A DNA stretch of 63,834 nt, filler included, from Octopus bimaculoides (GCF_001194135.2; 6 parts of 6 records of this genome joined end to end with filler, not necessarily neighbours in it); one strand, 5' to 3'. Counted from the whole stretch's first letter, positions 1-12,824 are shown. Made by a program: numbers and translations. Notes: generated by a model from the sequence alone, not told the origin.

Positions 1-218
1 CGAGCGTGGCCGTTTTCGTGCGGGTGACACGTAAAAGCACCCACTACACTCTCTGAGTGGTTGGCGTTAGGAAGGGCATCCAGCTGTAGAAACTCTGCCA
101 AATCAGACTGGAGCCTGGTGTTGCCATCCGGTTTCACCAGTCCTCAGTCAAATCGTCCAACCCATGCTAGCATGGAAAGCGGACGTTAAACGATGATGAT
201 GATGATGATGATGATGAT
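1..218 (+). mobile_element. SINE 3' part with (GAT)n tail
   Basis: GTTGGCGTTAGGAAGGGCATCCAGCTGTAGAAAC...CATGGAAAGCGGACGTTAAAC(GAT)n. Further copies at ~790-985, 2240-2492, 5062-5351, 14372-14612, 36250-36453 (+) and ~12480-12600, 20405-20620, 22905-23080, 27765-27844, 28832-29010, 29705-29850 (-). Confidence 0.9.
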
Positions 219-1295
219 ACATATACACACATGATGAGCTTTTTTCAGTTTCTGTCAACCAAATCCACTCACAGGATATTGGTTAGTCCAAGTTATAGTG
301 GAAGATACTTGCCTAAGATGTCACACAGTGGAATTGAACCCAAAATCACATGATTAGAAAGTTAGCTTCTTAAACACACAATCATGCCTGTTCTTATAGT
401 TGCATTAATCCACTGCCCAGAATTGAGACTTCTTCATTAACAGTGAAAGGATAAAAACAAGATTGGATTCAGTGTGATTTAAATTCATCAGATAGTTAGA
501 ACAATAACTGCAAAGCATTTTGTCCAATGTTCTAATGAAAGAGAAATAGAAGAAACGAAGGAGGAAGTACAACAGAGAGTAAGAGAGAGATGGGAAAAGA
601 CTAAGAAAATGAAAAGAAAAGAGAAGGGAATGTAAGAAAGAAACGGGAGACCGAAAGAAGGAGGAGAAATAGGAAGAAATGGAAGAGACAGGATAAAACT
701 AAACACTATAAAGTAATGCCCATCTCTACTATTTTCCTTTTGTTATATGGCCCATTCTAGGCCCCTAAGTCTTGCAAGTCACAAGATTGCCCTCATTCAT
801 GTTGGTGTGATGAAAAATGTACCCAGTGCACTCTTTAAAGTGGTTGGCATTAGGAAGGGCATCCAGCTGTAGAAACCACGCCAAAACAGACAGTGGAACT
901 TGATGTGAGCCTCTGACTAATCAGATTCTGCCAAACCATGGAATCCATGCCAGCTTGAAAGCCAAATGTTACATTAAGATGATGATGACAATGACAAGGA
1001 GGAGGAGGAGGAGATTACAAAGCATCTACTTTAGTGGTCCATTATCCTTGCCAGTTTACTACATTCAATTTTGTCATTATATTACTGATACTGAGAAGGT
1101 TGAACAATGATCCTGGAGCCAAACAACAATAACAACTTTTACTCACATGAATCCACCTCTGGCTGATGTTTCTGACATATTTACACCATCCTTAATTTCC
1201 AAATTTAAACTTCAGCCCTTGCCATAAGCAAAGCTACCACTTGGCCCGAAACCTTGTTCTACATCTATGTATGTATACCACACATCCATTTCCAA

Positions 1296-1348
<53 letters not shown>

Positions 1349-1802
1349 TCGCTTTAACAGCATATACTCTGTCATAAAGATACATACCTCAGAGATTTGT
1401 GATGGCAAAAGAAATAACTGAAACTAGGACACATGATCAACAATGAAACATATAATTTAACTTGTGACAGTTTGATAGAGTAAACTTTAAAATAACGATG
1501 GTCTGGTCAACCATTATTATTATCATTATCATTATTATTATTATTAAGCTAATGGCTATGGTGCTGTCAGAGCCAGTTGATGAAACTACTACAATTGCCT
1601 GAGGTAATGTCACTTATTAGAGAGTATTCTGACATGTAAACTTGCTGAATTCAGGTGAGGATTTGGATGAAGTAATGAGGAATATACATACACCTTATTG
1701 CTATAATTCTACTAACTTTATATTTCCTAATACTGATAAGTAACAGGTAAAAGACAAATGTCTAGAGGGTTTGTTTTTTTTCACTTAACCTAATGTCTAG
1801 AT

Positions 1803-2137
1803 CAGTGGTCCTCAACTGGGGTCCACATAACAAAATAGTAAATTGGAGAACCACAATAGTATTTTAAGGACCCCTTGAAAAAAATTTGCTTTAGATGTAT
1901 GTATTGGTATGTATTGCAAGAAACAACTATGTTTTTTTCTCCAACATTATACATAGTTCAATATTTTACATAGTTTCACCCTTTCGTAAATGTAAGGGTG
2001 AAAAACAAAATAGGAATTTTGAAAGCATAATCTATAAAACTAGTTTTTAAACATCAAATGGCTATGGGGGTTCACCAGAATAAAATAGTAATCAAAGGGG
2101 TCCATAGATAAAAAAAAAAAATGGTTGAGTACCCCTG
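1803..2137. mobile_element. hAT (Charlie-like) MITE
   Basis: TIRs CAGTGGTCCTCAAC / GTTGAGTACCCCTG. 8-bp TSD GTCTAGAT / GTTTAGAT, matching the NTCTAGAN Charlie target consensus. Confidence 0.85.
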
Positions 2138-2739
2138 GTTTAGATCAATCATGAGCAAACTGCAACCCATAGGATTGGCAGGATTTGAACTCAGAAGGTA
2201 AAGAACCAGGAAAAATTCCATGAAGCATTTTTACCAATGTGGCACGTAAAATACACCATTTCAAGCGTGGCCGTTGCCAGTACCGCCTGACTGGCGATCG
2301 TGCCGGTGGCACGTAAAAGCACCCACTACACTCTCGGAGTGGTTGGTGTTAGGAAGGGCATCCAGCTGTAGAAACTTTGCCAAATCAGATTGGAGCCTGG
2401 TGTAGCCATCTGGTTCACCAGTCCTCAGTCAAATCGTCCAACCCATGCTAGCATGGAAAGTGGATGTTAAACGATGATGATGATGATGATGACTCTAAAC
2501 AATCCTACAAGCTGATCACCTTAAATGGTTTCTATTTAAGCATTAAGCTAGCAATTTTGAAGGGCAGAGATTAGTTGGTTACACTGACCTGGTACTTAAC
2601 TGATTTACCTTGAAAAAGTGAAAGGTAAAATTGACCCTTTGCCTTTGATCTCAGAATTTAAAGTGATGGAACAAAAGTTGTAAAGTTTTTTTGTTTTTTT
2701 TCTGGTGCTCTAATAAATCAACCAGCTGATCGAAAATGG

Positions 2740-2980
2740 TTTCTGATTTTGGCTCAAGGTCAGCAATTTTTAGGGCAATGCGGGTGGGGTAAGTTCATTA
2801 CATCAACCCCAGTACTGAACTGGTACTTTTATTATACTGACTCTGTTCAGATGAAAGACAACTTCAGCTTCAGTGAATTTTTTAATTCAGAATGTAAAGA
2901 ACCAGAAGAAATACTACAAGATATTTTTTCCAACATACTAAGAACTCTGTCAGCTCACCAATTACTATTACTACTACTAT

Positions 2981-3032
<52 letters not shown>

Positions 3033-4520
3033 GCTACTACTACAAAATACCTTTGTACTAAAGGCACAAGGTCTGAAATTTTGGGGTAGGGAGTAGTCTA
3101 ATACATCAACCCCAATGTTTCACTGGAACTTAATTTATCAACCCTGAAACGATGGAAAGCAAAGTCAACCTTGGCAAAATTTGAACTCAGAATGTAAAGA
3201 CGGATGAAATGCCATTAGGATTTTTGCCCAGCGTACTNNNNNNNNNNNNNNNNNNNNNNNNNNNNNNNNNNNNNNNNNNNNNNNNNNNNNNNNNNNNNNN
3301 NNNNNNNNNNNNNNNNNNNNNNNNNNNNNNNNNNNNNNNNNNNNNNNNNNNNNNNNNNNNNNNNNNNNNNNNNNNNNNNNNNNNNNNNNNNNNNNNNNNN
3401 NNNNNNNNNNNNNNNNNNNNNNNNNNNNNNNNNNNNNNNNNNNNNNNNNNNNNNNNNNNNNNNNNNNNNNNNNNNNNNNNNNNNNNNNNNNNNNNNNNNN
3501 NNNNNNNNNNNNNNNNNNNNNNNNNNNNNNNNNNNNNNNNNNNNNNNNNNNNNNNNNNNNNNNNNNNNNNNNNNNNNNNNNNNNNNNNNNNNNNNNNNNN
3601 NNNNNNNNNNNNNNNNNNNNNNNNNNNNNNNNNNNNNNNNNNNNNNNNNNNNNNNNNNNNNNNNNNNNNNNNNNNNNNNNNNNNNNNNNNNNNNNNNNNN
3701 NNNNNNNNNNNNNNNNNNNNNNNNNNNNNNNNNNNNNNNNGAATCCTTGACCGGTACCAGATCGATCTCAAAATCTAATCAGTTCATGCCAGTCATGAGG
3801 CCAAATATCACTGAAAGTTTCATCCGAATACATCCAGCAGTTCTTGAGATATTTTGTCCACGGACAAACAAACAAACATGACTGCTAACAATACTTCCGC
3901 CTTCGCTGAGGCAGAGATAATAATAATGGTTTCGAATTTTAGCACAAGGCCAGAAATTTCGGGGAAGTGGCTAAGTCAATTACATTGACCCCAGTAATCA
4001 ACTGGTACTTATTAGCTATTATTCGGGACAGCCAGGATACTTAGGAGGGTTCTTGGCATCTAAGGTTGCTTGTTCTAGCCCAATGTTAGGAATTTTTCTT
4101 TTCCAACAGTCTAATCTGTTGAGTGTATATGAATAATAATGGTTTCAAATTTTGTCACAAGGCCAACAATTTCAGGGGGCGACCAATTGGTACTTATTTT
4201 ATCGACCCTGAAAGGATAAAAGGCAAAGTCAACCTTGGTGGAATTTGAACTCAGAACATAAGGATGAACAAAATGCCGCTAAGTATTTTGCCTGACATGC
4301 TAAGAGTTCTACCTGCCACCAGGGTGAAGGATGAGGAGAGCAACATAAAGTGTGGGGGTTTACATACAAAGAAATGATACAAAAAAGTCTAATAATAATA
4401 ATGATAATTTCTGATGTAGGCACAAGGCCAGGAATTTTGAGGACAAGAGGGTTCAGTCAATGCCACCAGCACTTCACTGGTACTTTATGTTATTGATCCT
4501 ATAAAGGATGAACTGCAACA
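2740..4520 (+). mobile_element. Cluster of SINE-type fragments (GGCACAAGGCC...ATCGACCCC...GAATTTGAACTCAGAA family) with (CTA)n/(AAT)n tracts
   Basis: At least five overlapping copies. The same family occurs at ~15795-15915 (+) and ~33690-33890 (-). Confidence 0.8.
3741..3918 (+). mobile_element. Helentron/DINE-1-like (HINE) non-autonomous element 3' end
   Basis: (CAAA)n tract followed by a terminal hairpin TCCGCCT-tcgctg-AGGCAGA; the 5' part is lost in the N gap. Confidence 0.45.
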
Positions 4521-7500
4521 NNNNNNNNNNNNNNNNNNNNNNNNNNNNNNNNNNNNNNNNNNNNNNNNNNNNNNNNNNNNNNNNNNNNNNNNNNNNNNNN
4601 NNNNNNNNNNNNNNNNNNNNNNNNNNNNNNNNNNNNNNNNNNNNNNNNNNNNNNNNNNNNNNNNNNNNNNNNNNNNNNNNNNNNNNNNNNNNNNNNNNNN
4701 NNNNNNNNNNNNNNNNNNNNNNNNNNNNNNNNNNNNNNNNNNNNNNNNNNNNNNNNNNNNNNNNNNNNNNNNNNNNNNNNNNNNNNNNNNNNNNNNNNNN
4801 NNNNNNNNNNNNNNNNNNNNNNNNNNNNNNNNNNNNNNNNNNNNNNNNNNNNNNNNNNNNNNNNNNNNNNNNNNNNNNNNNNNNNNNNNNNNNNNNNNNN
4901 NNNNNNNNNNNNNNNNNNNNNNNNNNNNNNNNNNNNNAACCCCAGTATTTAACTGGTACTTCAGATGAGATGACAAAGGAACAAGATACCTGGCGCCTTG
5001 TTGTACTCAAGAAGACCCGTCCTCCACAGCAGAAGTGTTAAAGCTGCATCCCCTGGTGAAGAGGATTGACCTGCAAGAGTCCTGTGCCAGTGCCACATAA
5101 AAAGCACTCGTGCCAGTGGCACGTAAAAGAGCTCATGTTGGTGACATGTAAAAGCACTCATGCCAGTGGCATGTTAAAAGCACCCTGCACACTGTAAAGT
5201 GGTTGGCATTTGGAAGGGCATCCACCCATAGAAACCAAGCCAAATCAGACAAGAACTTGGTGCAGCTCCCCAGCTTGCCAGCTCTGGTTAAACCATCTAA
5301 CCCATGCCAGCATGGAAAACGGCCTTTAAAGGATGATGATGATGATGATGAAAAGGATGAAAGGCTAAGCAGACTTTGATCTCAGAAAAGGGTCAAAAGA
5401 AATACCACAGGGCAGACATTTGTAATTAATAAGTATTTCCTAATCATAAAAGATTTCAGTAATAAACTATGTCACACGTCTTTATAAATGTGAAAATTAT
5501 TTGAGGGAGGAATTTAAGATAGGCGGAGAAGGAAATTAAACATGGACAGAAATAGATGGTGATGTAGACGGGGAAGAGAGGAACGTGATGGACATTTGAG
5601 GTGAAAGAGAAATAGAAGAAACGAAGGAGGAAGTACAACAGAGAGTAAGAGAGAGATGGGAAAAGACTAAGAAAATGAAAAGAAAAGAGAAGGGAATGTA
5701 AGAAAGAAACGGGAGACCGAAAGAAGGAAGAGAAATAGGAAGAAATGGAAGAGACAGGGTGGATGTGAAGAAGACGAGGAAAATAAGACACACGACATGT
5801 GACAGGAGAGATAGAGAGAATACTAAGGACAAAAATGTTTAGGAGGGGAAGCTAGACACCTATTATGAAGGAATAGATAGTAAAAGGTGACTGAAACGAT
5901 GGAGAAAGCCGTGGGAGGGAGATGTGCAAACAAGTTGCTTTGATATCCATTCCTTGCAATTTTCGGCAATAAATTTGAAAATTATAGGGGTAATGTTAGA
6001 TGTCCAAATGAGTAATACAACCGCTCCTGATAGGAAAACTAGGAAGTAGAGGTCAAAAGGCGCACATCAGAGACGCGAATAGAATTATAATAGAAGAAAA
6101 GTGTTGCTAATCAAACTACGTAAAAAAAATATGACAACTAGAAAGTTATATAAATGTAAAAACTGAATTCAGTCAGTTTTAACGTGTTTAAAAGCAAAAC
6201 CCCATTCTTTTAATCTTTTCTTTTGTTGGTGGTTTCAGTCATAGGACTACTGCCATGCTGGTGCACAACCTTAATTTATTTTCATTCAAATTGGATGTTG
6301 CCTTGTGGCTGGAAGCTGGTCTGTGATTGAGATTGCAACAGCTGATCTTCCTTGAGTGTATCTTTGAATGAATGGCTGGTCCGGTATCGTCGTTAGGAGT
6401 TTATGCTTTTTTTTTTTTTTAATGCTNNNNNNNNNNGAACAACTGAGGACGTCTAAATATCAGACTGATACAATAGAGTATTTTTACTCGAAATTTCAAA
6501 GGTGACATATTTGGAAACTGACAGTATGTACCAGTTTGTACATTAAGATTCTATATAAGGCCGAAGTTTGGAACAAGCCTCTCCAGGATTTTCCATATGT
6601 ATATGATTATCTCTCTCTCTTTGACTTTCAAATGTGTTTGTGTCTACATATTAAACTTTTCTACTTCTTGAAAGTTTCCGATAATTTTCAAGAAAACCGC
6701 AGTGTCGTTGAAAAACACCATAAAATGTGTCATTGAAGTAAGTTCTACATCGTGCACTGGACAGAATAGGGATGCTAGCATTGGGGGGTTAAGATGTGCG
6801 GGTAGACAGTGCTGCATTATTTATTTGTAAACCTGTCCCAACACAGCATCACGACAACGATGATGATGATTATGGTAGCCGTGATGGTAGTGATGACGGG
6901 GGAGTGGATGATGAATACAGCGACTTTGAGTATAATTAGATATAAACAATATCATTTTTCTGAAAGTATTTTTTTTTAATTGATCAGAAACAAATTCCAA
7001 AATAAATTTCTTCAAACTGAAAGGACCACCCGCAAAAAAATGTCAAATCACTTTATCTTAAGTAATTTTTTTTAAGAACAAATCTTTAGACAGGATGCAC
7101 AAATTTAGGAGGTGGGTTACTGATGATAAAGTTCTTAGTCTTGTATTATAATTCCATTCACCTCTAAGATGCTTTACAGAAATAATTAAATCGATTCCAG
7201 TACTTGACTGGACCTTAATTTTACTTAGGCCTTAGGCCCTCAACTACTTAAGTTGTAGGGATGTCATCGTAATATAAGGCGTGCCTTGAGTATTTTTTTT
7301 TAAAATTTGCCGAGACCTCTCCCTCTCCAGATGCGACCATAGCCGTTTTCTTTCAGAGAGAGAGAGAATGGACGGTACCATATTTAACCACCCTGAATGA
7401 TGAAATGTATTTTATCAACCCCCAGGGGAATGAGTTTATGATGACAATGACAACAACGACAGCGATGATGGTGGTGGTGGTGAGGATGAGGATGATGACC

Positions 7501-7927
7501 ACCACCACCACGGCGGCGGTGAATGATGATTATGGTAAAAACGACGATAATGAACGATATTTCATAATGGACAAGAAAATTACCAGTAAGTACTATAAAA
7601 GAAACGAGATGTCCAACCAGCCACTTCTGCAAATATCCGGGTAAGATCCTGTAATCCAAGAATGTAAAGTTGATGATGGTTAGAAACGAGATGGGCATCA
7701 TCACAACAAATAATTAATAGAGTTAAAATCAAATTAAATCATTGAATCTAGAGTGAAAATGAGAGATAAAATTAAACTTACAATAGGGTAGACAGCGTAG
7801 ATTCCAATTGAAAACTTACTTGTAATTTAAACTTGTTAACTTCTTTCTACAGTGCTAACAGATTCCACCCGACTGTGATGTGTGTATCGCTTCGCAACGA
7901 GCTGACCTGAATTTTCTCTACGACCCC

Positions 7928-8026
7928 TGACCTTTGACACGGAAGCGGAAATATTTCTCATGACACGGTACTCCGTGTTCTTTTACGTGTCAACCCCATT
8001 TCCTTTACTCTGTCTCTTACACCAAG
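7928..8026 (+). promoter_or_regulatory. RPL23A core promoter / 5'TOP-like region
   Basis: Tandem CGGAAGCGGAA (ETS/GABP-like, 7940-7950), TGACCTTTGACA (nuclear-receptor DR1-like, 7928-7939), and pyrimidine tracts (TTCTTTT, TTTCCTTTACTCTGTCTCTT) just before the ATG. Locally CpG-rich. Exact TSS not determinable. Confidence 0.6.
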
Positions 8027-8081
8027 ATGGCTCCCAAGAAGAAGGTTTCATCTAGCAAAGGAGGAAAATCCTCCTCCAAAG
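8027..8081 (+). CDS. RPL23A: 60S ribosomal protein L23a (uL23), exon 1; full CDS join(8027..8081,10078..10366,10757..10933,12825..12894,14079..14093), 606 nt, 201 aa
   Basis: CCAAG-ATG-GCT-CCC-AAG (MAPKKKVSSSKGGKSSSK) then a GTTAGT donor. Phases join with the downstream exons into one open frame. Confidence 0.9.
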
Positions 8082-9564
8082 GTTAGTTTTACCTTTTATT
8101 TCCACACCGATTTCTTTCTTATTTTCTTCTAAACCTTCTCAACTAGGAGTCTTGTTATTGTATGTATGCCTAAATCACCCATTATGTTAGTTAAATACCT
8201 TATTAATAAGCACCATGCTGCGGTTTTAAACCACATGGTCGGACAAGCTTACTTCTTTACTTAAAAGCTAAAACTGCCGCTCTAAACCAAGTATATTAAA
8301 TTTTGCACTATAAATATCTGCTGTGTACAGCAACTTAATTGTTTAAAACGATTAGCTAGATTCTTTTAAATAATATGATCTAAATTAAATGTGAGGGGGA
8401 CTTTGCTAAAGCAGAAAGCTTGTTTATTGTAATAACATGATACAATAATGAAATGGTGAGAATTGGTGATATTTTTGTGCGTTTCTAAAAATTCATATTC
8501 CTAGGGATATATTAACGTAATCCTTTAATTTGTTGTTTTCGGTGGTAAATTTTCAATGTATTTCTAATTAGCTTTTTTATTCTTTAATAATTCAACTATT
8601 TCAATATATGAGTTTTTGGTGGAGGTAAAGAATACGTACACCACCCGTTTTCGGCGTAACAAAAACCCTAAATACTGGATGTACATATTCTTTACTTTGT
8701 CCGAATTTTTTTCTCCTTACCGTTTTAATATGAACGAGTTTAATTAATAAATCCCTTGTTTTAAGGTTGGTAAGTTGATAGATTTGTAACTTCTTAAGTA
8801 CTGGAGTTTCTGGTGTTCAAAAAGGTTAAATTTTAAAGATCATGCTCTTATTTACATTAATTGTCAACTCTTGTTTAATTTATTGGTCAACGACCATGCA
8901 GGAGCACTTATCTGTTACTCGCTTTGACGTGTGGGGCGGGGGGGGCATAATACAGATATTTAATTGTATCGCTAGTCTGATCGAAATAATTTTAGTTGGA
9001 CGTAAATTTTTTACACGTGGCATATTTATTTAATTCATCGTTAATAATATGTAGCTTTTGTTTCCCTGGCGTCAGGCGGGTGATCAAGTTCGATGCTACA
9101 CTGGGTCTAACATCGTTTCTAAAGTATAATTGTGATTCTTCGAATTGTGTTGAGTTGGTATCTCATACTACGTTATCCGACTTGACGTTCCGGTTCGTTT
9201 TTACGCATGCGTTGAAAATATGCAAATAAAGTGAATGTTTGGCGCCAGGGAAATCCCGATCTTTACCCCGTATAAATCGTTCCTGGCAAAAGAGAAACAA
9301 GACTAATTGGACGATGCGAACACCATTTGATTCATCGACTCCTGACCACTTAACTGTATTCACTTTCACAAGATTCTTTTCGTTTATGTGTATATACATG
9401 GCTGATTTTTTTTAGAAGGGTAGTTTTGGAATAGCTATTCTTGGAGCCCTCAGCCTTCGTGGGAAGGGTAGATCGTAGATATTTTTTTTTTTCCATACAG
9501 GTGTTTCGATTCTGAAAAAAATTCTTATAAGTTCTTTTATTATACATTCTTACTCGTCATTTCT

Positions 9565-9970
9565 GTATCCCATTTCTTTTCCCCTAAGGTGCTCCCCATT
9601 CAGCTGCTTGGCTCTCCCGGGACTCTACATTGATAAAGGCCTTCAAATGTCATTTTACAACATCCTTGTATTGAGCCGAGGTCGACCGATGGCTCTTCTT
9701 CCAGATGCCAGCTCCCCATAGAAAATGTCACGAGAGATGCGGTGAACGTTCCCTAGCCAGCGCAGTGTGCGTTGTCGAAGCAGGGTGAATATGCTGGGAA
9801 GGCCTGCTTGATTCAGGACTGAGCGCAGTAACTCCAACAGAACTGAGATCGTATACACATGTGACCTATGTGACGGAGACTATCACTCTGTTTAGCTACA
9901 GAGACGTTGCTCCAGCGGAGCTGAAAAGGATACTACCCATGGTCAGCTCTGACCGAAAGGGGTCCTGATA
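9565..9970. mobile_element. RTE-clade LINE 3' fragment with internal inversion (RPL23A intron 1)
   Basis: Minus strand: AGLPSIFTLLRQRTLRWLGNVHR..YGELASGRRAIGRPRL-YKDV. Plus strand from ~9854: YTCDLCDGDYHS..FSY..RCSS, the RTE C-terminal Zn-finger, then a 3' UTR. Confidence 0.8.
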
Positions 9971-10077
9971 GGTATGGGGATTCGAGTGAGCTATCCCAAA
10001 GCTTTCACTTGCAGTCATAGTAACCCGTAAATTTGTATAATAGAGGAGTTTAAAACAGTTATATTTTTGTTTTGCAG

Positions 10078-10366
10078 CTACCAAAAAACCAGAAAAGAAA
10101 AGAGAACCACGCGTCCGTAGACGGCCTACCGCTATTAGCAAAGCCAGGTCAAAGGCTGTGAAGGCAAAGAAGGCCGTCTTGAAAGGTATTCAAGCAAAGA
10201 AAGCTATTGTTAAGGGACTTCAAGCAAAGAGAGCGGTCTTGAAAGGTATTCATCCCAGGAAAACCAAGAAGATTCACACGAGCGTGAAGTTCAGGAGACC
10301 ACGTACTCTTCGATTGCCAAGGGACCCAAAATACCCCAGGAAAAGCACTGGCACACGTGAAGATAA
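10078..10366 (+). CDS. RPL23A: RPL23A exon 2
   Basis: TTTTGCAG acceptor and GTAAGT donor. Encodes ...AKKAVLKG...[27 protein letters not shown], the L23eN region. Confidence 0.97.
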
Positions 10367-10756
10367 GTAAGTGATAAATGTTTTTTTGATAACGGAAGTT
10401 TTACTTTCGATAATTTTTTTACTTGAAAGAATGTAGATGGAATGTATGTTATATTAATCTGCATTGCAAATTCACTCTAAAACGATTTCATATTACTGTA
10501 TTTCTTGTGAGACATTCCAATGCCAGGAATAGTTTGAAGTGATACAAAGTTTATTTCTAATACTTGTAAGGAGTTTGAATGATGTAAGTAATCTAAAAGA
10601 AGTCTATTATTGAGCAGAAACTCACCAGAGTTTGTCTAGCAAATTGTGAATCAATTATTTAGCAACTATTGGTTAAACGTAGTCCATTGTAATAGTTCTA
10701 CTTCTGTTGGTGTCTGGTCATTTTTTTATGTATCAATTTAAACTTTTGCCTTTCAG

Positions 10757-10933
10757 ATTTGATCAGTTTAGGATTGTGAAATATCCTTTGACAACAGAAT
10801 CTGCTATGAAAAAAATTGAAGACAATAACACATTGGTATTCATTGTTGACAAAAGAGCTAACAAACATCAAATCAACCAGGCTGTGAAAAAATTGTATGA
10901 CATTGATGCTGAAAAAGTCAATACATTAATTAG
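10757..10933 (+). CDS. RPL23A: RPL23A exon 3
   Basis: CTTTCAG acceptor and GTGGGT donor. Encodes [59 protein letters not shown], the uL23 core. Confidence 0.98.
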
Positions 10934-11156
10934 GTGGGTATTTCATCCTGGAGAGCACTTAATGTTACTTGGTGGAAAAACTTTTATGGCCAGTCTATGT
11001 TTCATTTATGGTGTGGTTGGATGGAGATTTGGCAGTTGTTTCTAGTGGTTTGGGTTTTAATAATGAATGCATCAGATAAGTACTTGATTTAACATATACT
11101 TGAAGATAGTCTTTCTATCAGGGATTCAATAGATACATGTACAAAGGTAATTTTAA

Positions 11157-11447
11157 CCCTTCAGCATTCAGATTACTTTGTCAAATGTATTGCATATTTA
11201 TTCCCATTTTTTTAAATCAATCCTGTATTATCTCATCGTCATTTACATCCGCTTTCCATGCTGGCATGGGTTGGACGATTTGATATGGAGCTTGCACATG
11301 TGCATTCATGCAGCACCTCAAAGGACAAGCCTGTATGTGTGGGAGACAGCAATTTTACTTTTTAAGATATTGGTATAGTTCATTTTTAGAATTACATTGT
11401 AGGATAGGTGTGAGAGTTTGGATCTGGCCAGTTTAAATGCTGGAGGG
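11157..11447. mobile_element. piggyBac-type MITE in RPL23A intron 3
   Basis: TTAA-CCCTTCAGCATT ... AATGCTGGAGGG-TTAA. Carries a nested SINE 3' fragment at ~11235-11285. Confidence 0.8.
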
Positions 11448-12824
11448 TTAAAGGTGTTGTGGGATTTTATATTGTTTGTAAATGTTGTATTGATATGTTG
11501 GGCACTTAACCTTGCTTCACTGCTATAGAATTCGTATGCATAGTATTTTATTGTGCTTGTCTTTCAGTTACACCTTGAGATGTTGCGAATGATTTTTATT
11601 AGGCTCGTCATTTTTTTAATTCAATTCCCATGCTTTGACATTTAATTGAAAGGTGCTTTTCTCTCTCCTCTCCCTCAGCATCCCTGACTGACTCAGCAGC
11701 TAGTACATTGGCTGGTTTTCTGTTATATGTTAACATGATATATACTGGCATGCTGTGTCTACAATTCCATTACATTGTACTATAGCTTGGTCAAGTGCCT
11801 TCTTCCATAGACTCATATACCTTGGTACATGGAAACTTCTGGAGTCTGTCTTATTGATTCTGCTTATGCCTATATAGATTTAAAATCTGACATTTGAATA
11901 TATATATATATATCATGGAAAATACACTTACTCCATCACCTACCTTGTCCTTCAGTTCCTTTAGTAGAGTGCACTCTATTGTAAGCATTCAAGCCAGTCT
12001 GGAGGTCCTATAAAGAATTATGGACCCTTCCTTCCCTAAGCTATGAGGGAAGAAAATGTTCTTTAACTTAACTGCTTGATATTGATATGGCATTGAGGTT
12101 GGTATGAATATTGATGTTAGTCTGTATATCATTGAAGTGAGTTATTGCTTTCAAAGGTTTTAGCCAAGTTGTGAAAAAGTCACTAGATGAAATTTGAGGT
12201 CACCTTTGTTTTACTATTTTCCCATGCTGCTGTGTGCCATTATTGTTGCTTAAAGCAAAGGACTTTTTATTCTACCTGTCTTTATAATTGCATGATAAAG
12301 AATGTCAACACTTTCTCCTTCCCAAAATTGTTTCAAAGCACAGACTGCAACTAACATGCCACTTCTGTATAGTTTCTGCCTACCATTCAGAGCATTGATT
12401 AGTATGTAGTTGCATTAAAATACACTTGCTCAAAGTGCCACCACATCAACTTTTAATGTGTTTTCTCTGCTGACAAGGGTTGAACAACTTGACAGGGACC
12501 AGCGAGCCAGGAGGCAAAGTAGGTTCCATGGTCTGTTTTTGGTTGGTTTCTATAGCTGGACGCCCTTCCTAATGCCAACCACTTTACAGTGTACTGGGTG
12601 GCTTAGATGACACCTTGGTTTTAGGATCTCATTTCTGTTGTGGTGTGCCGGTTTTCTTGAGTACAGCAGAGTAAGATAGAATTTAAAACAGTTACAAAGC
12701 GGATGCCATATCTCCCTAACACTCTTGCCTGTTGATTTGTAGTTAATCTTCAGTAATTTCAATGTTTATCTGTCAAGTGTCAATATTGTCTTTGTCTTAA
12801 AATTTGATTATTTTATTTTTATAG

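Noticed and set aside
9240-9257. Retroviral primer-binding site (TGGCGCC...)
   Set aside because: The remainder does not complement a tRNA 3' end I recognise, and there is no LTR or gag/pol nearby.
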